From Candidatus Tenderia sp. (lineage in GTDB: Bacteria; Pseudomonadota; Gammaproteobacteria; Tenderiales; Tenderiaceae): 64,000 nucleotides of DNA. The stretch covers positions 8,288 through 72,287 of the forward strand of contig JANOSY010000090.1 of NCBI GenBank assembly GCA_031416075.1, given 5' to 3'. Every line of letters starts with the position of its first letter. Position 1 is the stretch's first letter. Made by a program: the position numbers and the translations under genes. The notes beneath the pieces were generated by a model. It searched no databases, had not been told where the DNA came from, and was given only the letters and a program-made list of their open reading frames with translations. Below, piece after piece: positions 30,135 through 37,411 of this stretch.

Positions 30135-30165
30135 TTGACTCCGTACTTGACTACAGAGGTAACGT
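30135..30165 (+). promoter_or_regulatory. mer operator/promoter (PmerT)
   Basis: TTGACT, 19-bp spacer (ccgtacttgactacagagg), TAACGT; matches the Tn21/Tn501 merOP layout. Confidence 0.85.
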
Positions 30166-30200
30166 TATACCATCACACAGCGATGTAAACGGGGTTAGAT

Positions 30201-30551
30201 ATGGCGGAATCGGGCAAAGGTCGTGGTGCATTGGCAATGGAGGGCATGGCGGCGATACTCGCCTCCACCTGCTGCCTTGGCCCGTTGATACTGGTGACAC
30301 TGGGCATCAGTGGCGCGTGGATCGCTAACTTGCGGGTATTGGAGCCGTATCGGCCGCTCTTTATCGCTGTGGCCCTGGTGGCTATGTTTTTGGCGTGGTG
30401 TCGTATCTTCCGGCCGGTGGTGGTGTGTAAGCCCGATGATCTCTGTGCGGTTCTGCAGGTACGACGCAGTTATAAAACTATCTTTTGGGGTGTGGCCGGA
30501 CTGGTGCTGATGGCCATCGGCTTCCCTTATCTATTACCGCTGTTCTACTAA
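30201..30551 (+). CDS. merT: Mercuric transport protein MerT
   Basis: ASTCCLGPL..LGISGAWI.NL..LEPYRP, loop Cys pair C.....C. Confidence 0.93.
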   Translation: MAESGKGRGALAMEGMAAILASTCCLGPLILVTLGISGAWIANLRVLEPYRPLFIAVALVAMFLAWCRIFRPVVVCKPDDLCAVLQVRRSYKTIFWGVAGLVLMAIGFPYLLPLFY

Positions 30552-30564
30552 CCGAGAGTTCGTT

Positions 30565-30849
30565 ATGAAAAAACTGTTTGTCATGATTGCGCTTGTTACA
30601 ATGATCTCTCCTGTCTGGGCTGCTACTCAGACCGCCACACTGGCGGTGGAGGGCATGACCTGTGGAGCCTGTCCGTTAACGGTCAAGAGTGCACTCTCCA
30701 ATGTGCCGGGTGTTACCCATGTGGAGGTGAGTCTGGATAGACGTGAGGCGCAGGTCAGTTATGACGACAATCGAGTCGATGTGAAGAGGCTGACGCAGGT
30801 GACGGAGGGGGCCGGTTACCCCTCTAAGGTAAAGGGGGGCAGTCGATGA
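30565..30849 (+). CDS. merP: Periplasmic mercury-binding protein MerP
   Basis: Signal peptide, GMTCGACP HMA motif, AGYPS. Confidence 0.92.
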   Translation: MKKLFVMIALVTMISPVWAATQTATLAVEGMTCGACPLTVKSALSNVPGVTHVEVSLDRREAQVSYDDNRVDVKRLTQVTEGAGYPSKVKGGSR

Positions 30850-31067
30850 GCGGCGTGACCCTGGAATCGACCCTGACCTGCTCGCATTGTGGACACACCA
30901 AAATGGAGACCATGCCGACCGATGCCTGTCAGTGGTTCTATGAGTGTGAAGGGTGCCAAACGGTGTTGAAACCAGAGGCGGGGGACTGCTGTGTCTTCTG
31001 CTCTTATGGCACCGTTCCCTGCCCGCCGATTCAGGAGCAGGGTAAAGGGGGAGGGTGTTGTGGTTGA
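30846..31067 (+). CDS. GDCCVxC-motif Cys-rich small protein
   Basis: CSHCGH...MPTDACQWFYEC..C...GDCCVFCSYGTVPCPP...GCCG; ATGA overlap with merP. Confidence 0.85.
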   Translation: MSGVTLESTLTCSHCGHTKMETMPTDACQWFYECEGCQTVLKPEAGDCCVFCSYGTVPCPPIQEQGKGGGCCG

Positions 31068-31086
31068 TGTTTGCGGGTTTAACCCT

Positions 31087-31374
31087 TTATAACGCTTCCG
31101 TTGGTGGCCGTTTACCTGATAACGAGTAAGCAAAAGAGATGACCAGGGCAACGGATAGATAAAGCTCGCGGGGTATCTCGTCACCTTGCTCAATTTCTGA
31201 CAGTGCCAGCACCAGTGGCAGATTCTCCTGGATGGGGATGTTGTGCTCTTTGGCAAGGGCGATGATCTCTTCGGCCAGACTGCCTTCACCCTTTGCCATC
31301 ACCTTGGGGGCCTGTTTGCCACTTTCCCACTGGAGCGCTACGGCCTTGGCGGGCGGGGAGTTGTGTTGGCTCAT
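31087..31374 (-). CDS. Stand-alone FlhB C-terminal-like protein (EscU/YscU family)
   Basis: KAVALQW....APKVMAKGEG.LAEEII.LAKEHNIPI...EIP.ELY..VA. Confidence 0.88.
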   Translation of the reverse strand: MSQHNSPPAKAVALQWESGKQAPKVMAKGEGSLAEEIIALAKEHNIPIQENLPLVLALSEIEQGDEIPRELYLSVALVISFAYSLSGKRPPTEAL

Positions 31375-32609
31375 GCGTTTACATCCAGTACGATGGTGGG
31401 CAGTGGTTGGCGGTGGGGTTCGGGCGGCTGCCCCTGAAAACAGCGCAGCTCCCGGCTCTCAATGCCCGCCTCATGATAACGTTGGGCTAACTCTGTTAAA
31501 TGTTGGCTGATAAGCGTCGTTGTCTCCATGCGCTCCGCCCAGAAGGTAGTGCTGATCTTTCCACCCTCCAGCTGTAACCGCACATGCATTGGGCCGAGTG
31601 ACTCCAGTTCCAGCGCGATAGTGATGTTCCAGCGGAGTTGTTGCTCATCGTTGTTATTTTCACTTCGCTCCTCGTTGATCACACATTGAAACAGATCAAC
31701 CCTCTCCTGATGACGAATCGGTAACTCAAAGCTCCATGTGAGTGGGTTCTGGTCCGACGTAGAGAGTGACGCCAGCTGGTGCAGTTGAGTTCTGGCCAGC
31801 CCCCCCTCCACCTGTTTGCCTAGCTCCTGCAGGAGCGCGAGGGTATTATTGAGTGTGGCCAATGTCGCCTCTGCCTGCCCTTGGGGTTGTGGACGCCCCC
31901 CCGGTATGGCGGGTACTGGGATGGATATTGAAGGCAATATTGGGCGTGTGAGTGATGGCGAGGCCGCTGTCTGTGCAGACTCTTTCTGTATGCTGCTGAG
32001 CAGTTGTAACAACAGGCTTTTAAGATCGTTACCCGGCGCGGGTGTGGTTTTGCTCTGGACCGTCTGTCGAAGTGCACTCTCCATAAACAGCCCCGACTCC
32101 TTAAAGGCCTGTTTAACGCCCTCAGCAGAGGCTATTTTTCCGCGATTGGGAAGTTGATCGAGGAACGCCTTTGCCAAAACCTGAATGGCCTGTGGCAATG
32201 GGACGGTACTGTTTTGTGGCTGGGCGATCCAGCTGATATTCGCCAGCAGTGGTGTTAGGCCCATTTGACGCGGCAGACTCTGCATCAGCGCCTGTTTAAG
32301 CACGGCGTCGGGCGAAGTGGTTTGACTGAGCACTTTTAAGAGTGGTGTATCACCAAGTTTGCTCACCTCCAGCTGAAGCTGTTGCCCAACAATGAGTGGT
32401 TGTGCGGTGTTGGCCTGAAGCTGGTGCGGTGCTGCCGGTTGGCTGGAAGATGAACGGTTGAGTGAGGGGAGTAGCTGTAGTAATACGTGGTTGCTGGCGA
32501 GCTGCTTAATTACCACCGCCTGTAACAGCTGCCCAACACGCAGTGGTTGCGGTTGTGCCGTGGCAGCGGCTAGATTGGGCAAGGTTGAAGGGGGTCCATT
32601 AATTTTCAT
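31371..32609 (-). CDS. Second FliK-family protein
   Basis: SGLFMES, W.FELP, C-terminal W.ITIALELESLGPMHVRLQL...FWAE, LDVNA tail; coupled to the FlhB-like gene. Confidence 0.75.
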   Translation of the reverse strand: MKINGPPSTLPNLAAATAQPQPLRVGQLLQAVVIKQLASNHVLLQLLPSLNRSSSSQPAAPHQLQANTAQPLIVGQQLQLEVSKLGDTPLLKVLSQTTSPDAVLKQALMQSLPRQMGLTPLLANISWIAQPQNSTVPLPQAIQVLAKAFLDQLPNRGKIASAEGVKQAFKESGLFMESALRQTVQSKTTPAPGNDLKSLLLQLLSSIQKESAQTAASPSLTRPILPSISIPVPAIPGGRPQPQGQAEATLATLNNTLALLQELGKQVEGGLARTQLHQLASLSTSDQNPLTWSFELPIRHQERVDLFQCVINEERSENNNDEQQLRWNITIALELESLGPMHVRLQLEGGKISTTFWAERMETTTLISQHLTELAQRYHEAGIESRELRCFQGQPPEPHRQPLPTIVLDVNA

Positions 32610-32613
32610 GGGA

Positions 32614-32640
32614 TAAAGCGGGTCCGGATTTGGCCGATGA
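32614..32640 (+). promoter_or_regulatory. sigma28 promoter upstream of the pentapeptide-repeat gene
   Basis: TAAA-N15-GCCGATGA. Confidence 0.65.
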
Positions 32641-32741
32641 ATCTGTATATTGCCAAGCTGGGCCAATATTGTATATGAGATTGTGCATAAAGCGATGGTG
32701 AGTGATTTTCAGTAATCTGTTTTCTTGTGGAAGTGATTGAA

Positions 32742-33656
32742 ATGCAAACACATACCCTGTGGTATATACAAAAAGATGGTGAGGTCCGCGGACCCTATCC
32801 ACGGACGGTGATTGCCCAATATCTGCTGCTTAACCGGCTGCGTAAAGAGGACCAGGTCAGCACTGACCAGAAGCATTGGCAAGCCATTGCTGATGTAAAA
32901 GAGTTAGTGCCAGCCGCTGTTAAGGGAACGCTCAGTGGTGCTGTGAATCAGTATCTGGCCGATGTGGCAGCGCGTGATGATGAACATATACCCACATCAA
33001 AACAGAATACCGAGGATGTCACAAACCAATATCTACTGGATGTTGCCAAACGTAACGCCAGGGCGTTGAATGGCATAGAACCTGAGGATGTTGTTGAATA
33101 TAATCGAAACAGATCGAAAACTTCGTCATCAGAGCAGAAAAAAAAACCATTAACGATAGTCTTGGCAGTCACCGCCATACTCGCCACTGTTGGTGCCCTG
33201 GTTGCATTGGTACTGAACTATACGCCTCAGGCCAACGGGCCGGAGGCAGAGTGTTCCGCAGCGCCAGCCGCCAATGTTAACTGGAGCAACTGTAGCCTGC
33301 AGGGCGCTGTGCTTGATAACAGCAATCTGCAACAGGCGGTAATGCGTAATGCAAATCTCACAGGCAGCACGTTGCAGCGGTCTGATTTACAGAATGCCGA
33401 TCTGGCCTATGCCAACTTGAGTCTTGTCAATCTTGGTCAAGCGAATTTGCGCGGCGCACAATTGATGGGGGCAAAACTTAACGGCAGTGATTTAAGTGGC
33501 GCTGATTTAAGTGGTGCAGATCTTTCGTATGCAGATTTGAGCGGGGCCAACATGATGGGTGTCAACCTGGTCGGCACCAAACTTGATCAGACCCTGTGGC
33601 TAGACAAAACGGTCTGCGCACGTGGTTCAGTGGGGCAATGTTTGGCTGGGCGATAA
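32742..33656 (+). CDS. Membrane-anchored pentapeptide-repeat protein with a GYF_2-like N-terminus
   Basis: LWYIQKDGEVRGPY N-terminus, one TM helix, A(D/N)L.. pentapeptide run, Cys pairs flanking the repeats. Confidence 0.85.
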   Translation: MQTHTLWYIQKDGEVRGPYPRTVIAQYLLLNRLRKEDQVSTDQKHWQAIADVKELVPAAVKGTLSGAVNQYLADVAARDDEHIPTSKQNTEDVTNQYLLDVAKRNARALNGIEPEDVVEYNRNRSKTSSSEQKKKPLTIVLAVTAILATVGALVALVLNYTPQANGPEAECSAAPAANVNWSNCSLQGAVLDNSNLQQAVMRNANLTGSTLQRSDLQNADLAYANLSLVNLGQANLRGAQLMGAKLNGSDLSGADLSGADLSYADLSGANMMGVNLVGTKLDQTLWLDKTVCARGSVGQCLAGR

Positions 33657-33670
33657 TATAATCTGATATC

Positions 33671-33720
33671 TGCACAGATCTGGCGCATTGGGTCGTGGTG
33701 TGATGCACAGTTTTTAGGCA
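33671..33720. promoter_or_regulatory. Tandem NtrC-like enhancer sites
   Basis: TGCACagatctgGCGCA (33671-87) and TGCACagtttttAGGCA (33704-20) versus consensus TGCAC-N7-GTGCA; 33 bp apart, about 75-120 bp upstream of a sigma54 promoter. Confidence 0.6.
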
Positions 33721-33793
33721 TAGATGGATACTGTTCTGCTTTTCACCTTACCGTCTCCCCTGTTAGATCATGACGTTACTATTAATTTTAATG

Positions 33794-33809
33794 TGGCATG
33801 TGAATTGCT
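33794..33809 (+). promoter_or_regulatory. sigma54 promoter of the oxidoreductase-cytochrome operon
   Basis: TGGCAT-gtgaa-TTGCT. Confidence 0.75.
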
Positions 33810-33910
33810 GAGCCACTTTGGAGATACTGTTTTTATTAAATATGTGCGAGGTTGTGCGGTAGGTAAGTGATGACTGCAATGGGCTGTATGTAGTACAGCA
33901 AGTTTATGCA

Positions 33911-33984
33911 GGGCCAACGGTGGCCCATCTATGACAAAGGCGTCCACAGCATGGGGAGTTTTCCATGTGCTGGACGCCTTTTTT
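33911..33984 (+). promoter_or_regulatory. ANTAR (NasT/NasR-type) antitermination leader: twin hexaloop hairpins overlapping an intrinsic terminator
   Basis: gggcc-AACGGT-ggccc, 6-nt linker, gac-AAAGGC-gtc (both loops have A1 and G4). Hairpin 2 overlaps the 5' arm of terminator ggcgtcca...tggacgcc-TTTTTT. Confidence 0.8.
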
Positions 33985-34030
33985 ATTGGTTTTTATAGCA
34001 GTTTTTAGTGATGAGGTGATTGTGGGGAAT

Positions 34031-35626
34031 ATGGCGGCGGCAGTAGATCAAGCAGCGTTAGCATTGCCCCCTGTTGTGATTGTAGGCAGCGGGCCAGTGG
34101 GGGTTCGTGTCGCACAGGAGTTGTTGCGTCTGGACCCGCTGTTGCATTTGGTGATCTATGGCGACGAACCGTGGGAGCCCTATAACCGTGTGCGATTGAC
34201 CCAGATGTTGGCAGGGCACTCCAGTTGGGCGGATATATTTCAATCGTTGCAGCTGCCCACAACCGGGAATATTGAGTGTCGTTACAACTGCGCGGTGGTT
34301 GCTATTGATCGCCATGAGAAAACAGTGACGGATCTGTTAGGACGGCAGCAGCCATATTCGCGGTTGGTATTGGCAGTGGGATCACGCCCTCATGTGCCAA
34401 CCATTCCTGGCAAGGCGCTGCACAATGTATTTACCTTCCGCAATATGTCGGACCTGAATGGCCTGCTGGCCCGCCGTATTGGTAGCCGTCGAATGGTGGT
34501 GGTAGGTGGGGGGCTGTTAGGGATTGAGGCCGCCCATGCACTACAGCGCAGCCATACGGATGTTTCGATTATTCAACATAGTGATCGTTTGATGGGGCGT
34601 CAGCTGGATGAGCATGCTGCTGCCATGATGTGTGCTGAGGTTGAGTCTCTGGGAATCAATGTCTATCTCAACAGTGGTGTTCAGGCGATATTGGGTGAGC
34701 GTTTGGTCGAAGGGGTACGTCTGCGTGATGGCAGCGTACTCGATTGCGATACCGTAGTTTTTTGTACCGGCATAAAACCCAATGTGGAACTGGCGCGTGG
34801 TGCAGGGTTGCGAGTGGGGCGTGGTATTCGGGTAGATGATCTGTTGCAAACATCCAACCCGGCGATCTATGCAGTGGGTGAGTGTACTGAACATAATAAT
34901 CAGATTTATGGTTTGGTTGCGCCGGGGCTGGAGCAGGCCTCGGTGGCGGCCCATAACATTGTTGGCCAGCACGCATTTTATCGTGGCAGTACGGCAGTGG
35001 CGCGACTCAAAGTAGTGGGCACAGCGCTGTTGAGCATTGGCGCAGTGGTAGAGGAGGAGATCCCTAGCCACTACCGCACAGCGGTTTATCAGAATGATGA
35101 AAAGGGTTACTACCGTAAGTTGGTGATGGTGGGTGGTAGACTTCAAGGGGCGATTGCCATAGGTGAGTGGCCCCAGCATCAACGGGTACAAGAGGGTGTG
35201 GTGCACCATCGCCGTCTCTGGCCATGGCAGCTGATGCGTTTTAAACGGAGCGGTGAGTTGTGGACAGAGCAGCAGTCGCAGGATGTGCGTCAGTGGCCTG
35301 CCAATGCAATTGTCTGTAACTGCACCGGTGTCAGTCGTGGTGTATTAAGCGCAGCGGTCACCGGTGGCTGCACAACGGTTGAGATGTTAGTGCAGTGTAC
35401 GGGGGCCTCTACGGTGTGTGGTGGTTGCAAGCCACGTTTGGCTGAGATGTTGGGCGAGTCTGCTGTGCCCATAAAAAACAGAGCAGGCAATCTGCTCATG
35501 GGGGCGTCGTTGCTGGCGATGTTGCTGGCCTTAATAACACTCTTGGTTAAACCCATTCCGTTTGTGACCACCGTGCAACAGGGGTGGCATATCAGTGATC
35601 TATGGAGTGCAACGTTTTCAAAATAG
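34031..35626 (+). CDS. NirB/NasB-like FAD/NAD(P)H oxidoreductase with a BFD [2Fe-2S] domain and a first TM helix; ends at an in-frame TAG
   Basis: IVGSGPVG, PYNRVRL, VVGGGLLGIEAA, IYAVGEC, CNC...CGGC; no siroheme/[4Fe-4S] domain. The ORF-track start (33965) lies inside the terminator, so the real start is about 34022-34031. Confidence 0.8.
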   Translation: MAAAVDQAALALPPVVIVGSGPVGVRVAQELLRLDPLLHLVIYGDEPWEPYNRVRLTQMLAGHSSWADIFQSLQLPTTGNIECRYNCAVVAIDRHEKTVTDLLGRQQPYSRLVLAVGSRPHVPTIPGKALHNVFTFRNMSDLNGLLARRIGSRRMVVVGGGLLGIEAAHALQRSHTDVSIIQHSDRLMGRQLDEHAAAMMCAEVESLGINVYLNSGVQAILGERLVEGVRLRDGSVLDCDTVVFCTGIKPNVELARGAGLRVGRGIRVDDLLQTSNPAIYAVGECTEHNNQIYGLVAPGLEQASVAAHNIVGQHAFYRGSTAVARLKVVGTALLSIGAVVEEEIPSHYRTAVYQNDEKGYYRKLVMVGGRLQGAIAIGEWPQHQRVQEGVVHHRRLWPWQLMRFKRSGELWTEQQSQDVRQWPANAIVCNCTGVSRGVLSAAVTGGCTTVEMLVQCTGASTVCGGCKPRLAEMLGESAVPIKNRAGNLLMGASLLAMLLALITLLVKPIPFVTTVQQGWHISDLWSATFSK

Positions 35627-36004
35627 GTGACTGGGTTTACGTTGCTGGGTATGACCGTTTTGGCACTGCTGCTCTCGTTGCGGAAGCGGATTAAAAAATT
35701 TTCGTTTATCGATTTTGGTTATTGGCGTGTACTACACTCTGTATTAGGAGCGTTATTGTTGATGTTGTTAATCCTGCATACCGGGTTACGTATGGGGGAC
35801 AACTTTAATTTTCTATTGATGTTCTGTTTTGTTGCCATTGCACTGATCGGCGCGGTGGTGGGTATGGTGTCGGCGCTTGAGAGTGGTGGTGCCAGTATTG
35901 CATTGGGGCGTTGGCGTCGTTACTCGGGCTGGATCCATCTTGGTCTCTTCTGGCCGCTGCCGGTGCTGCTCGGTTTTCACATCCTCAGTAGTTACTATTT
36001 TTAG
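35627..36004 (+). CDS. Four-helix membrane domain with four His (di-haem b-like); in-frame continuation of the upstream ORF
   Basis: Starts directly after the TAG in the same frame with no RBS; two H-x13-H pairs (VLH...ILH; WIH...GFH). Confidence 0.65.
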   Translation: MTGFTLLGMTVLALLLSLRKRIKKFSFIDFGYWRVLHSVLGALLLMLLILHTGLRMGDNFNFLLMFCFVAIALIGAVVGMVSALESGGASIALGRWRRYSGWIHLGLFWPLPVLLGFHILSSYYF

Positions 36005-36012
36005 GGGCGACG

Positions 36013-37365
36013 ATGAGATCGAGCAATATTAAATGGTGGATTGCTTGGTTGTTGCTGAGTTTAGGGGTGGCTGCTTACTACGGATATGCACTGATAAGTG
36101 AAGACAAGACTGCACTGTTGCCAGGAACGACCAGCCACGGTCATTATCAGATAGAGTTGGCGTGTGGCAGTTGTCACGGGGAGGCATTTGCAGGTGGTGA
36201 GGCGTTACAGACAGCCTGTATCAACTGCCACGGCGATCAGATGAAGGCAGCGCGCGACTCACATCCACGGAGTAAATTTACCGATCCACGTAATGCCGAC
36301 AGGGTTGCACTGCTGGACGCTCGTTACTGCATCACCTGTCATCGTGAGCATAAACCAGAGGTGACGGATGCGATGGGCGTGACGTTGCCAAATGACCTCT
36401 GTTTTATCTGCCACAAAGATATAGCGCAAGAGCGCGCTAGCCATAACGATATCTCTTTTGACAGCTGTGCCAGTGCCGGTTGCCATAACTATCACGACAA
36501 TCAGGCGCTGTATGAAGCGTTCTTGGTTAAACATGGCAATGAGCCAGCCCATCTGACTCCTCAACGTGTTCCTGAACGTAATCTGCATCAATGGAATCTG
36601 GCGGTTGCATCTTCACCGGTAACAGCACTTGCAGCGGGAGATGCCGATGCCCCGGTCAACAGACAGCTAGCGGCGGATGAATTTCAACACTGGGTTGATT
36701 CCGGACACGCCACGGCTGGTGTTAACTGTTCTGCCTGCCATCAGCAAGAGAATAAAAATTGGATCGACAAGCCAGGCGTAAAAATATGTGAGAGCTGCCA
36801 CAAACAGGAGGTATCGGGGTTTACGGCGGGTAAACACGGTATGCGCCTGGCACAGGGAATGTCACCCATGGTACCGGCCATGGCCCGGTTACCCATGAAG
36901 GCAAAAATTGCCAAGCAGCCACTCGATTGCAACAGCTGTCATGGCGCGCACCAAGGCGGGGTGAAAGAGGCGGTGGTTGATGCCTGCATGGGGTGTCATG
37001 ACGATGAACATAGCAGACACTATCCAGACTCACCTCATGCGCAGCTGTGGCAGCAGGAGCAGGCAGGGTTGATAGCTGTGGGTAGCGGTGTCTCCTGTGC
37101 GACCTGTCACATGCCACGGGAGGAGGTGCGCCAACTCGGGGAGAGACATGTTGCCATTCAACACAATCAGAGCCTCAATCTTCGGCCCAACGAAAAAATG
37201 GTACGTAGTGTCTGTATGCATTGCCACGGCTATCAGTTTGCTATCAACGCACTGGCTGATGGCGCGTTAATAAAAAACAACTTCTCATCATCACCCACTG
37301 TAGAGGTGAAGAGTGCACAAATGGCGTTGGCACGTGATGAGAAGCGGGGGACAAGATCAAAATAG
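36013..37365 (+). CDS. Membrane-anchored multihaem cytochrome c (10 CxxCH + 1 CxxxxCH)
   Basis: N-terminal hydrophobic anchor; CGSCH, CINCH, CITCH, CFICH, CASAGCH, CSACH, CESCH, CNSCH, CMGCH, CATCH, CMHCH. Confidence 0.88.
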   Translation: MRSSNIKWWIAWLLLSLGVAAYYGYALISEDKTALLPGTTSHGHYQIELACGSCHGEAFAGGEALQTACINCHGDQMKAARDSHPRSKFTDPRNADRVALLDARYCITCHREHKPEVTDAMGVTLPNDLCFICHKDIAQERASHNDISFDSCASAGCHNYHDNQALYEAFLVKHGNEPAHLTPQRVPERNLHQWNLAVASSPVTALAAGDADAPVNRQLAADEFQHWVDSGHATAGVNCSACHQQENKNWIDKPGVKICESCHKQEVSGFTAGKHGMRLAQGMSPMVPAMARLPMKAKIAKQPLDCNSCHGAHQGGVKEAVVDACMGCHDDEHSRHYPDSPHAQLWQQEQAGLIAVGSGVSCATCHMPREEVRQLGERHVAIQHNQSLNLRPNEKMVRSVCMHCHGYQFAINALADGALIKNNFSSSPTVEVKSAQMALARDEKRGTRSK

Positions 37366-37411
37366 TGCTTTTGAGTGAGTCTGTTCATTCAACGTGTAGA
37401 AGGAGATAGCA

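Noticed and set aside
31065-31082. Selenocysteine readthrough of the TGA ending the GDCCVxC protein
   Set aside because: Only four codons follow before a TAA, no SECIS-like hairpin is evident, and the protein already looks complete.
33965-34030. ORF-track N-terminal extension MCWTPFLLVF...
   Set aside because: It overlaps the ANTAR terminator stem and U tract; the RBS-like GAGGTG lies downstream at about 34013.
35624-35626. Pyrrolysine or genome-wide TAG recoding
   Set aside because: TAG ends many clearly complete genes in this window, and no pyl genes or suppressor tRNA are visible.
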